Program-made: the position numbers and the translations under genes | Part shown: positions 37,108 through 46,982 of the stretch, one piece after another | Layout of the letters: every line of letters starts with the position of its first letter | Position numbering within the stretch: the stretch's first letter is position 1 | Source of the DNA: a virus | Taxonomy: Duplodnaviria; Caudoviricetes | Length of the DNA stretch: 60,430 bases | Direction: 5' to 3' (one strand) | IMG/VR virus record: IMGVR_UViG_3300009151_000080 | Location: 1 to 60,430 of that record | The notes under the pieces: model-generated | What the model saw: the letters and a program-made list of their open reading frames with translations, nothing else | What the model was told of the DNA's origin: nothing | Database searches by the model: none

Positions 37108-39258
37108 ATTTCTACCAAACCAATTAGTACTACCAGAGGTGTTATTATTCTTATATTGATTCATAAATTTTCTTTGTTTATTTATATTAATAATAGAAGA
37201 ATAATCAGCGGTATCTTTATAATCTATCCTTTTAAGGATTTCTTTAAATCCTGATAATGTTGTCGAATCTAATATTTTATTAGCATAGTCCTCAACCATT
37301 TCTCTATAGTCAAACTTAGAGAAAGCACTAGCCCCATTAACTAGGGTCATAACCGTATCGTCATTACCAATATCAGCAGCATATCTAATATTACCATGTG
37401 AAGTAATATGCTTTACGAATGTTGTTATCTCTCGTATGTTATCCTCATTATAAATCTTGAAGTTTTTCTTATCCATTGCTTCTTGATAATCTTTAACTAA
37501 TAGGTTTTTATTCTCACCAACTTTAAGTCCTATCTTTTCTTCAGTTGAGTCAGCTCGGTGTTTATATCTAAAGAAAACACTATTACCATAATTATTATTA
37601 CCATCAAATACGTTACGGAGTTCTGATAAGAAAGTATTACCAAAAGTGTTTAGTTCAAGAACTACTTTAAAATTCTCATAGTTAAAATACTCAAACATCA
37701 GAGTATAGAAAAGTTCAGCCAGTTGTTTAACTGAAATAAAATTGGACCGATAAATAGCTATCTGTTCTAAGCAAAAGAAATCGGACATTTGTGTGTATGT
37801 ATCCTTTTGCATATCTATAACTTCTTGACTTTTTGGAGATACTTTAAAGAAGTTCATAACAGAGTAATCTTGTCCCAATCCTTCAGATATATCAATAGAC
37901 ACGACACCTTTTATTCTATTTCTCATAATAGGTGTGTATATATTATCGTCATCTATCCACTTTAAATCAGAATATGAAAACTTCAGCCTTCTATCAAGCT
38001 CTTCTATCTGCTCATATTTAAACGGTTTCTTGTTATCTAATAGATTTTCTATTATACTTTCACTAAGTAAAGATCTAGTAGCATTTACGAATCTCAATCC
38101 ATACTCCTGATTGAACTGATCCTCACCACCAATGTCTTTAATAGCTTCTTCCTTCCAAGTTGTTACTTCAGAAACCGCTTGTATCGGTACTTCTAATCCC
38201 TCGTTATTAGTGATCATTAGGGTTCTTACTAGCTTATCTGGACAAGCATCATTATTATAGATGCAGATTATATCTTTAGCTATTTCACTATTGAACTTCA
38301 TTTCAACTTTAGTAAGATGTCCAAATGTGTCTTCAGTTGCCTTTAGAATTTCCTCTTTAGTTAATTTATTCTCATATAATCTATGATTATTTAATCTAAA
38401 GTAAGTAACAAATCGACCAGGCACTTGATGCCAATAAACTCTCATTGCTCTATAGTTATTCTTGAGTGGATCCCCGTCCGGTCTTTCTGCATCGGTAAGT
38501 AACTTATGAAATAAGTTCATACCATTTGGTGTTGATGTTATAATAATCTTTGAGTTCTCAATTGCTGATACTGTTGGGAAGGCCGCTGTATAATATGGTT
38601 CAATAATAGTAGCGGGTATATGTGCAAACTCATCTAAGTATAGAAAGTCAATAGTAAAACCGATTGCTGGTGTTTTACTTCTAGCTGACGATTTTATTCT
38701 ACAACCATTTTCAAATATCATATTTCTTTGAGTCCAGTTCTTAATGGCTGGTTTTAAGAAGAATGGTAACTGAACATATATTGACTTAATCTTATCAATG
38801 ATCTCGATTGTTGTACCAGCAATGTTAGCTACAATCATTATATTCTTATCATTATTGAACGTAACAAAGTGTAACATTGTTATTGCGGCGTTGATTGTCT
38901 TACCAATCTGACGAGAACCACATAGAATACTAAATCTGCTATTTGTATATAAGTCTAATATCTTCTTTTGATAGTCTCTTAGTCTTATATTCTGAATAGA
39001 ACCATCTTCTGTTTTAATTCTACAATACTTTTCAGCGAAGTATTGAATATCAAGTTTGCATCTAATATACTCTTGTATCTCGTCTGGTGTCATTGCAAAT
39101 GTTATACCTGCTCTTTTAACACCTATTTCACTTTTAAACCATGGATTCTGATATCTCTTAACAACGACACCGTCATTAATCTTATCAGTTATTTCTTCAA
39201 CTAATTTGGTTGTAAATACAAACTTCCTTTCATCTGTCACGTTTTTCGTTACTGCCAT
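37102..39258 (-). CDS. terL: Terminase large subunit (T4 gp17-like)
   Basis: LRDYQ, SRQIGKT, LYLDEFAH, ITSTPNG, IDISEG.GQDYS, DDTVM. Confidence 0.93.
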   Translation of the reverse strand: MAVTKNVTDERKFVFTTKLVEEITDKINDGVVVKRYQNPWFKSEIGVKRAGITFAMTPDEIQEYIRCKLDIQYFAEKYCRIKTEDGSIQNIRLRDYQKKILDLYTNSRFSILCGSRQIGKTINAAITMLHFVTFNNDKNIMIVANIAGTTIEIIDKIKSIYVQLPFFLKPAIKNWTQRNMIFENGCRIKSSARSKTPAIGFTIDFLYLDEFAHIPATIIEPYYTAAFPTVSAIENSKIIITSTPNGMNLFHKLLTDAERPDGDPLKNNYRAMRVYWHQVPGRFVTYFRLNNHRLYENKLTKEEILKATEDTFGHLTKVEMKFNSEIAKDIICIYNNDACPDKLVRTLMITNNEGLEVPIQAVSEVTTWKEEAIKDIGGEDQFNQEYGLRFVNATRSLLSESIIENLLDNKKPFKYEQIEELDRRLKFSYSDLKWIDDDNIYTPIMRNRIKGVVSIDISEGLGQDYSVMNFFKVSPKSQEVIDMQKDTYTQMSDFFCLEQIAIYRSNFISVKQLAELFYTLMFEYFNYENFKVVLELNTFGNTFLSELRNVFDGNNNYGNSVFFRYKHRADSTEEKIGLKVGENKNLLVKDYQEAMDKKNFKIYNEDNIREITTFVKHITSHGNIRYAADIGNDDTVMTLVNGASAFSKFDYREMVEDYANKILDSTTLSGFKEILKRIDYKDTADYSSIININKQRKFMNQYKNNNTSGSTNWFGRNL

Positions 39259-39303
39259 AGGAATATTTATTTTTTCAATATATATAAGAAAAATAGTGTT
39301 CCT

Positions 39304-39927
39304 ATGAGTAAGAAAGAGGAAAAGCTAAATTCTTTACAAGAAGAGTTTAATAAAATACAAGAAGATAATAAAGATTTAGATGTCAGTAAATACCTTGCCA
39401 AACCAAGTGATTTGCCAGATTTGGGTGAGATACAAATCTACGACTACAATATGGATATTGAAAAGACAAAAGATGAAGCCGATGAGGTACTTGAATCAAT
39501 GGTCGATTTCTATTTAGGGGATCATCCAGATGTATCTAATCATAGATATGTTAGAGCAAAACTGAAGCAAGATTCAAAGGTATATGCTAGATCATTATTC
39601 TTAGATGAGATGACAATGAAGAACTTCCTAACACAATTAAGACAAGTTGATAATGGTGATACTTCAGCTAGAATGCATGAGGTTATTAATCAGTCTATTG
39701 GTCAAATAAGAGATAATATAAAATTCGCTCAAAGTCAAAAAAGTGAATTGGAGAAGTATTACAAAGATATGAGAAGGGATATGGGTCTTAATGAAATATC
39801 AGAATCAATGGAACAAAAGAACATTGAACAACAAACCGAAGAAGGCAGTACCAAGGAAGACAGTAAGATTGTTGATTCCAGAAGTTTAAATGATATGATT
39901 GAGAAGTATATCAAGAATAAAGATTAA
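39304..39927 (+). CDS. Probable terminase small subunit (T4 gp16-like)
   Basis: SARMHEV...IGQ resembles gp16 SPR..EV; helical; divergent from terL. Confidence 0.5.
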   Translation: MSKKEEKLNSLQEEFNKIQEDNKDLDVSKYLAKPSDLPDLGEIQIYDYNMDIEKTKDEADEVLESMVDFYLGDHPDVSNHRYVRAKLKQDSKVYARSLFLDEMTMKNFLTQLRQVDNGDTSARMHEVINQSIGQIRDNIKFAQSQKSELEKYYKDMRRDMGLNEISESMEQKNIEQQTEEGSTKEDSKIVDSRSLNDMIEKYIKNKD

Positions 39928-40772
39928 AACTTCCTATATGATTCAAAGGTCATAATAACATTAGATATGTTTATTATGACTTTTTTTTGATCAATCTTAT
40001 TTAGAATATTGTCATTTACTTTATTTATGAATAAACACGGCTTATACTCCTTGATATCTTCTTTAATAACATCTCTAATACCATTATCTGTTTTAGATAG
40101 TATTACTTCAAGTAATCCATTTATATCATCTGTTATTTTAAGAGTATCATAGTTATTATCATAATAGTATAACTTATCATATCTGGTTAGTTCTTTATCA
40201 ATAAACTTTTGATCATCGGTCTTATAACCAACTAAATGTTGAAGTAATAATCTCATTTTCTTAAACTTAACATCATCCTTATTTTGGTTATAGAAGTTTT
40301 CAGTAATGTAGTAGAAAGCTGTTACCTTAATACCTATTTCTTTTAACTTTTCTTCAAGTTTAGAAAGAAGGGTTTGGTAGTTTCTTTGGGTTTGTCTAGA
40401 ACAAATTATATAAATATCTTCGGTAGTATTCTTTAGAGTCATTAACAAATCCTCATTTATGGTAAAATCCATATTATCAATGATGTCTTTATTTAAAAAC
40501 TCTTGAAGACTTAGGGCAAAGTTAGCAAAATCAACTTTATTATTTTTTGCTTTTATTTTAAGTTTATTAACCATTTCAGTTGGTAACCAAAAGGTTTGAC
40601 CATTAAAGTCAATTTTATTTCCTTGCTTTCTATACACACCATTTTTAATCAGATTGAAGTCTGATTTTGATATTTTCATAATAGGAATATTTGGTTGGTC
40701 TTTATTAACCACCCAAGCTTGTGCATCTATATTAAGAAGTACATCTAAGTCAAAGAAGTGTCCCTTTACCAT
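39924..40772 (-). CDS. Hypothetical protein, degenerate HAD-like fold
   Basis: HFFDLD.LL, YIICSR and YYYDN in HAD motif order. Confidence 0.5.
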   Translation of the reverse strand: MVKGHFFDLDVLLNIDAQAWVVNKDQPNIPIMKISKSDFNLIKNGVYRKQGNKIDFNGQTFWLPTEMVNKLKIKAKNNKVDFANFALSLQEFLNKDIIDNMDFTINEDLLMTLKNTTEDIYIICSRQTQRNYQTLLSKLEEKLKEIGIKVTAFYYITENFYNQNKDDVKFKKMRLLLQHLVGYKTDDQKFIDKELTRYDKLYYYDNNYDTLKITDDINGLLEVILSKTDNGIRDVIKEDIKEYKPCLFINKVNDNILNKIDQKKVIINISNVIMTFESYRKF

Positions 40773-40987
40773 AGTCTTTTCTTTTCTCCAGCTTTATTAA
40801 TTTTTATATCTATTGGATGAGCCATACCGTCCATCCTAGGACCTTCATACTTTTTATCAGTCCAAGTAACACCACCCGATAACTCATTATTAAACGAATG
40901 ACATTTATAACATTGAGTGCTCTCATAATCATCCGGAACGGATACTGTTGATTTACACCATGGACTAGAACATATTATTATTTTCAT
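40766..40987 (-). CDS. Small zinc-finger-like protein
   Basis: CSSPWC...CYKC; start at ATG 40987. Confidence 0.55.
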   Translation of the reverse strand: MKIIICSSPWCKSTVSVPDDYESTQCYKCHSFNNELSGGVTWTDKKYEGPRMDGMAHPIDIKINKAGEKKRLW

Positions 40988-41006
40988 AATGTTATATATT
41001 AAAAAT

Positions 41007-41031
41007 AAAACCCTCAAATATTTGAGGGTTT
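41007..41031. terminator. Intrinsic terminator
   Basis: aaaccctcaaa/tttgagggttt. Confidence 0.7.
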
Positions 41032-41036
41032 ATAAC

Positions 41037-41483
41037 TTATCTTATTAGATTTTTACTTAATGCAAATTCATACAGATTTGGTAGGTTTAGATACTTTTGA
41101 AAACCGCTTTTAATTTCTCCAAGATTTTTTGATTTCTTTAATATGTTAATAACAATAAACCCAAACTCTTCTTGGAATTCTAAATAACATTTATTCCAAG
41201 GTTGATTATAGTTTTGTAACGTAATCCATTCATTATCACCACCGGATAACCAATAGAGAGCCTTTTGAGGCTCGATTGTTTCATAGTCGATTTGAATTTT
41301 TTTAGACCAGATAGAATTGTCTGTTCTTGGGTTTCTCATCATAATAGCAACAGCCTCAGCAACGTCTGTAGTAATTTCACTACCTACTTCGAAGAAATAC
41401 TGACCCACTTCTTCACTGATTCTGACAACGTCCGAGTCTTTAAAATTTACGTTGGTTTGCTTTGTGAAACGTTTTTTTCTCAT
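41037..41483 (-). CDS. Hypothetical protein
   Basis: 148 aa ORF. Confidence 0.65.
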   Translation of the reverse strand: MRKKRFTKQTNVNFKDSDVVRISEEVGQYFFEVGSEITTDVAEAVAIMMRNPRTDNSIWSKKIQIDYETIEPQKALYWLSGGDNEWITLQNYNQPWNKCYLEFQEEFGFIVINILKKSKNLGEIKSGFQKYLNLPNLYEFALSKNLIR

Positions 41484-41501
41484 AAAAAGAAAAGTGATTT
41501 T

Positions 41502-41795
41502 TTATATCTTATCAGATTTAATTCCGCTGATAAATTTGCCATTAAAGTTTCCTCCTTCGAGAATACCATTTTCAAACGTACCATAAAAGTTTCCACCTTT
41601 AAAAATACCATAGTACCAGTTACCTGAGTAGTAACTACCATCATGCCATATCAAAGTGTTATTTCTGATTTCGATTTTTGCATCCTCACATTCGGAGTCT
41701 ATTAACCAGTGGAACTGGTCTTTTTCGAGGATGTTTAAGATTGTATTTGGATTAACTATCTTTTTGCCGTTGTAAAGTAACTCACTAAATTTCAT
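41502..41795 (-). CDS. Hypothetical protein with short G-x-[WFY] repeats (beta-helix-like)
   Basis: WHDGSYYSGNWYYGIFKGGNFYGTFENG. Confidence 0.65.
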   Translation of the reverse strand: MKFSELLYNGKKIVNPNTILNILEKDQFHWLIDSECEDAKIEIRNNTLIWHDGSYYSGNWYYGIFKGGNFYGTFENGILEGGNFNGKFISGIKSDKI

Positions 41796-41995
41796 AAAAT
41801 TTTCTACATTTAAATCATTGTTACTGAAGTATATATTTTATTATTCTGATACAAAAACCATCATAATCAAAAATTTTGAGATTTTTTATGATTATATTTT
41901 TTTAAATCTGTAAATCGTGATTCCTATTGATAATAATTTTTTTATCATTTTTAGACTTAAAAGAATTAATATATACAGAAAATATAAAGATTAAA

Positions 41996-44900
41996 ATGAG
42001 ATACCTAAAGTCTAGGAACGATTTTCTATATAGAGAAGTTATAGTAGATAAGTCAAATATCAATGAACAGATTAAGTCATCTAGAATGATTCAAGAAAGT
42101 TTTGAGAACGATATTAGATGGGGGGACTCTCTCGTTGGTAGACTTATTAACTCAGTAATAAGATCGGTTAAAATAGGTTATAATGAAACTAAAATTCCAA
42201 AGATTTTGGAAGAGTTGCAAGGTCAATTGGATCAAATAGTATCAGAATCCTTAACTAGAGAAACCGGAGCAAAATTCAATCAATATTATATAATGGTTGC
42301 TCTTGAGGAAATGAAAGATATTTGTTTATCACCAATGTCTGATGAAGAGAAATTAGATCTCCTAATAGGATGGGATGGTTCAACACCAATGTGGGATCCT
42401 AATGATCCAAGAGCAGATATACCTGGACTAATTGAAAATAGAAGACCTATTACAAAATCTATTATGCAAAACATAATAGATAAAATAACAACAAAACTAC
42501 CTGATCTCGAAAAGTATGTAGGTAAAAATAGGGATGAATTTATAGATGACTTATGTGACTTCACTGAAGAGTTAAGAAAAATTACTATAAAAACTCCGGT
42601 TGGTGGTAACAGTGCTCAAATAAGACCATTTTCTGCAAGAATGAATTCTATACTTACTCGATTACAAAGTGTAAATGAGTCATTGAGATTGTCTAGGTAT
42701 TCCAATTTTATAAATGAAGATAATGAAACCACATCAAATATAAAACAACTAAAAGATTTAGCTTCTGAACTATCTAAGGAAATTGAAGGAAAGGAAGAAA
42801 ATGAAATAAAAGGACTTGATAAGTTTAAACAGTTTAAGGGAGTTTTCTTTAAGTTAAATGATAATGAGAAAGAAAAACTAAAAGTAAAAGTTGATGATGA
42901 AGACAAAAATCTTTATGATCTTCTAGTTGATCTTTTAGGTGAAGGTGGGGAGTCTGATAAACCCAATAATATTGAACAAATATCATGGAACAAGGTTATA
43001 CAGAGCTTTACAAAAAGTGGAGCATCTAATTTAATTGCTGATATTAAAGCAACACTCGATAATATAAATTCAAATGATTTAGAAAAGAAAAGAGTTGCTA
43101 CCGAAGTTATAAACGGTATAACTAAACAATTAGTTATTAACACATCAACTATTGGTAAGAATAGAATTAGTTACGAACAACTTATAAAGGAGGATATTTT
43201 CAGGGATAGAAATACCAGCATTAATAACATTTCCAAATCAATATCACTATTGTCAAATGTTATAATGGCTTATAAAGGTCAGGATATATTAAATAGTCAA
43301 GGACCAAAAGCAGAATTTATAAAAAACTTCATAAAGAATTATGAAGCAATAACGTTAAAGAGAAATGAAAGTATCGAGATAAATGAGGCAGATAAAAGAT
43401 CGTTAAAGTATTTCAATGATAAGAAGAATAGATCACTTAACAACCAGAATCAAAATCAAAAGAGTGGAGAACCTAATGTGAATCAAAAAAACAATCAGGA
43501 TCAAAACCAAAAGAGTGGAGAACCTAAATCAGATACTACTAAGATGGGTTCTTCACAAGTATCAGTCAATACTATTAATATACTAAAATCTATTTTGGTG
43601 TTGAATGACTTAATTTCTAAAAAAGAAAGTTGGATCTTATTGGAGAATAATTTCAATCCGGGTGGCGGTACTGGTAGTACAAATCCGACTGGTGGTATTG
43701 GTAGCTCCCCTTCAGATGATGATGATGATGACAATAAAGTCAATAAGGACAATAGTGCAGAAAGGACTGTTAAGAATCTATGGAATACTATGTGGAAACC
43801 ACATGAGGACGAAATGATGAGTAAGGGTGAAGGACCACATAGACTAACTCAAAGGATGGTCGATGACCTACAATCAATGATTGATAAAGGAGAAGATAAA
43901 AAAGTTCTGGATCTTAGTAAAAGACCAGATCCGTTGATTGCTATTGTTCGGGTTTGTAGAAAAGCTCATAATACTTATTTTACAGAAGTAATACCATCTG
44001 GTAGAAAAGATGGTATGGTTTCTAATAAAACATTTAGAGAATATGTTTATCTAGGATCAGGCTCAAGACCCAATCCAAGTAGACTAGACGGTGAAGGTCC
44101 GTGGGCTGTTAAAAGTATATGGGAAAAATGGACAGACGGTGTTACAAAAATATTAGAAGATCAGCAATATAGAAAGATACTTTCTAATGTTGAGTTCATT
44201 GTACCTGGTGCAGAAGATGTATTCAACCCAAAGAAAAATGAGTCCAAAATATATGAAGCGGAAACAGGAAATAGAGTAGATGCTGGTGAACTAACTAAGG
44301 GTAGTAAGCATGGTACTATCATTCTTGACTTCTTATCAGAAATGATTGATACGGAATCTGTTAGGGATTTTGAGGGGTCTCGTAAGAAACTTATGAAGAA
44401 ATACTTTGGAATAGTTACTGGCCCATCCGAAGATCCTAGACCAGTAAGAAGCACTGAACTCCCAGGAGCAAGTGAACAAAAAAATAGTATTAGATGGACT
44501 ACATTTAGTAAGAAAAAGTTTTCGGAGGATAATGATAAACATAAATTTTTCTTGTTCCCAGTTAAAGATGAGAGAAAGACATCTCGCCTTAAACATACAG
44601 CTATATTCCTTCAAGTTCTTGATGTTAAAAAAGAAGACGGAAAAGAATATGTGTATTTTAAATTCACATATGATAGACAAACGATGGCTAAAAAATGGAA
44701 AGACAAAGGAGGGGGTCAAACCAGAGGGTTAGACTATCATGATTGGTCCACAAAAGATTCAAGTACAGAAACCAAATATCTATATTATGGTATTATGCGA
44801 AATACATGGGATTCTGGTAGAATAGCTATAGTATACTGTAATATAAGAGATAAGTCAACTCCGGTTGTTAATATTTGGGGAGAACCACAGTCTGGAATTA

Positions 44901-45172
44901 AGTATAATTTTATTATAGATGATAATAGCTCAAAAAACCTACCAAATTCAACTTATGATACCAAAAAGGCTTTAGTTAAAATATCTAAGTTACAAAGATT
45001 TGATGCTAATGGAGTTGGATCTGATATAAAGCAAAAGGATCTAATCTGTTTTAATGAAAAAAAGGACGATGAGATCCCAATGATTGATTTCTGTGATCAA
45101 AATGGAAAACCAACTCAAGATAATTTAAATCAAAAGCTTATAAAACAAGGTAAAACTTGGGGATTTTGGTAA
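41996..45172 (+). CDS. Large hypothetical protein (MRYLKS leader), candidate internal head protein
   Basis: Start moved to ATG 41996 after AATATATAC; many [ILV]xE sites and low-complexity linkers. Confidence 0.7.
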   Translation: MRYLKSRNDFLYREVIVDKSNINEQIKSSRMIQESFENDIRWGDSLVGRLINSVIRSVKIGYNETKIPKILEELQGQLDQIVSESLTRETGAKFNQYYIMVALEEMKDICLSPMSDEEKLDLLIGWDGSTPMWDPNDPRADIPGLIENRRPITKSIMQNIIDKITTKLPDLEKYVGKNRDEFIDDLCDFTEELRKITIKTPVGGNSAQIRPFSARMNSILTRLQSVNESLRLSRYSNFINEDNETTSNIKQLKDLASELSKEIEGKEENEIKGLDKFKQFKGVFFKLNDNEKEKLKVKVDDEDKNLYDLLVDLLGEGGESDKPNNIEQISWNKVIQSFTKSGASNLIADIKATLDNINSNDLEKKRVATEVINGITKQLVINTSTIGKNRISYEQLIKEDIFRDRNTSINNISKSISLLSNVIMAYKGQDILNSQGPKAEFIKNFIKNYEAITLKRNESIEINEADKRSLKYFNDKKNRSLNNQNQNQKSGEPNVNQKNNQDQNQKSGEPKSDTTKMGSSQVSVNTINILKSILVLNDLISKKESWILLENNFNPGGGTGSTNPTGGIGSSPSDDDDDDNKVNKDNSAERTVKNLWNTMWKPHEDEMMSKGEGPHRLTQRMVDDLQSMIDKGEDKKVLDLSKRPDPLIAIVRVCRKAHNTYFTEVIPSGRKDGMVSNKTFREYVYLGSGSRPNPSRLDGEGPWAVKSIWEKWTDGVTKILEDQQYRKILSNVEFIVPGAEDVFNPKKNESKIYEAETGNRVDAGELTKGSKHGTIILDFLSEMIDTESVRDFEGSRKKLMKKYFGIVTGPSEDPRPVRSTELPGASEQKNSIRWTTFSKKKFSEDNDKHKFFLFPVKDERKTSRLKHTAIFLQVLDVKKEDGKEYVYFKFTYDRQTMAKKWKDKGGGQTRGLDYHDWSTKDSSTETKYLYYGIMRNTWDSGRIAIVYCNIRDKSTPVVNIWGEPQSGIKYNFIIDDNSSKNLPNSTYDTKKALVKISKLQRFDANGVGSDIKQKDLICFNEKKDDEIPMIDFCDQNGKPTQDNLNQKLIKQGKTWGFW

Positions 45173-45214
45173 TATGATAGAAAAGTCGTATCTTTGTATT
45201 AAATAAAAAATACA

Positions 45215-45640
45215 ATGGCCGACTTTTCTAAATTTACATACTCTGTATTTGTTATAGATTTAAGAGATTTTAAAACCATAGAGGATTTAAAATCTTTTTT
45301 AGTTGAAATGAAACTGGATGTTATAGACCCCAATTTCTTCTGGGAATGCAAAACCGGAAACCACAGGGGATATCCTCCTATGAATAAAGTATGGCTTGAT
45401 AAGGCGTCACTTTATGCAGTTGGGTACGAAACAAAAAAAGAAAGGAATTTATTTCCTTTCTTTTTGGATACTATTACTAATCTCGAACCACTTAGGAGAG
45501 GACAAACTTGTCCATTTGACTCTATTGAATTAAATAAAAAAGTTGAAGATTTATCATTAGACTCTATCTTGGAAAAGATACACGCTAATGGTATTTCATC
45601 CCTTACAAAAGAAGAGAAAGAATTCTTGGATAAAAGTTAA
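45215..45640 (+). CDS. Hypothetical protein with DUF6576-like C-terminus
   Basis: LDSILEKIHANGISSLTKEEKEFL; TTTG-N20-TATCTTTG promoter at 45165-45196. Confidence 0.65.
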   Translation: MADFSKFTYSVFVIDLRDFKTIEDLKSFLVEMKLDVIDPNFFWECKTGNHRGYPPMNKVWLDKASLYAVGYETKKERNLFPFFLDTITNLEPLRRGQTCPFDSIELNKKVEDLSLDSILEKIHANGISSLTKEEKEFLDKS

Positions 45641-46281
45641 TTTCCAATATTACTACCACCACGAGCGTCACCTGTATTACTCTTCTGTCTATTTCTATTA
45701 ATCTCATCAGCCTTTAGCCAAATCTGTTTAGCTAAAGGTTGACTACATTTTAAAACTTCTGCTTTGTTGAAAGTTCCACCAGTTCTGGTGGATGGTCCTT
45801 TTCTACCCCTTAAATGTATACCAGTTCCTAAACCCCCAAATGTTCTGTCTTTATGAACATTATCTACCTTACTAATCATAACAGTGTATTCTGGATCACC
45901 GGTAGTTCTAAAGTCAATGTGTTTCATCATATCAACTCTATATAAAGTATGATCCTTTGTAAATGGTTGACCTAAGAAGAAGAATGCATCTTTTGTAGAA
46001 GGAGTAACATTACTACCATTTCCATCAAATTGATTAAACCTACCCGATTTATTATAATCTTTACTTAATCCATTTAAGTAGGTCATTATTTCTCTTGCTA
46101 GATCTTCGTCATTATTTTCTTTTTCAGGAGTAGATGAGTTAGGACCTGTGTTAGATCTTTTTTCTTTTTCAGATCCTACTTTATCTTTTATAGCAGATCC
46201 TAATTTTCCAGCCATCCTACCTATAGTAGTAAATAACTCGTTTTGCTTGTCAAATCCACTGAATGACTCTAAATGTTTCAT
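45637..46281 (-). CDS. Hypothetical protein with MKHLESF leader
   Basis: 214 aa ORF. Confidence 0.7.
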   Translation of the reverse strand: MKHLESFSGFDKQNELFTTIGRMAGKLGSAIKDKVGSEKEKRSNTGPNSSTPEKENNDEDLAREIMTYLNGLSKDYNKSGRFNQFDGNGSNVTPSTKDAFFFLGQPFTKDHTLYRVDMMKHIDFRTTGDPEYTVMISKVDNVHKDRTFGGLGTGIHLRGRKGPSTRTGGTFNKAEVLKCSQPLAKQIWLKADEINRNRQKSNTGDARGGSNIGN

Positions 46282-46352
46282 ATATTTTTAGTATAGTTTT
46301 TATTATATATATTTATCTCTAAAAATGTATTTATGATATTAATATATATAAT

Positions 46353-46928
46353 ATGAAGTATATAAATACATATTCCAATTTCATATCTGAAAAGTTTATC
46401 CCACAAGAAACTGATCCACCTGAACAAGTTAGTGGTATGAATAATTTTAATGATATGGAAAAATGGATAAACGAGTTTAACTCAAAGAAGACAGCTTTAC
46501 AGAATATTTATGTAAACTATAAAACTGAACAAGATCTGGTAAAGACTCTTCAAACACAGAAGTACATCAACTCTCCAAATTTGAAACTAATGAAATTTAA
46601 TAACCCCCTTTTAGGTATGTGGGCTAAATCGTGTGAGATAAGAAGAGAAGTAAATGATATACAGAAAGGTATAGATGATTTAAATAATACCATAAAGGAT
46701 GATACCACTAATGTGGCTTCCAACCCAGCAACTGCTGAAAGTGGTAAGGAAAGTATTAATCTGAAGAAACAAGACCTTACGAATAAACAGAAATTACTAC
46801 AGGATAAAAATCTTGAACTTGCTAATCAAGAGAAGAAGGTTAGAGACGAGCTAAAGAAAATGATGGATAATAATAAAAAGTCCAAAACCCAAATAAACAT
46901 GTATAACGACCAAAAAGGTGAAAAGTGA
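46353..46928 (+). CDS. Coiled-coil protein with MKYINTYSNFISE leader
   Basis: 191 aa ORF. Confidence 0.7.
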   Translation: MKYINTYSNFISEKFIPQETDPPEQVSGMNNFNDMEKWINEFNSKKTALQNIYVNYKTEQDLVKTLQTQKYINSPNLKLMKFNNPLLGMWAKSCEIRREVNDIQKGIDDLNNTIKDDTTNVASNPATAESGKESINLKKQDLTNKQKLLQDKNLELANQEKKVRDELKKMMDNNKKSKTQINMYNDQKGEK

Positions 46929-46982
46929 AAAAAATAAGTTTTTACTTTTTATATATACTGTAAATAAAAAATAATAAATATT

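Noticed and set aside
38158-38412. Intein or intron in terL
   Set aside because: No Cys/Ser start or His-Asn end, short, no stop codons and no recognisable intron core
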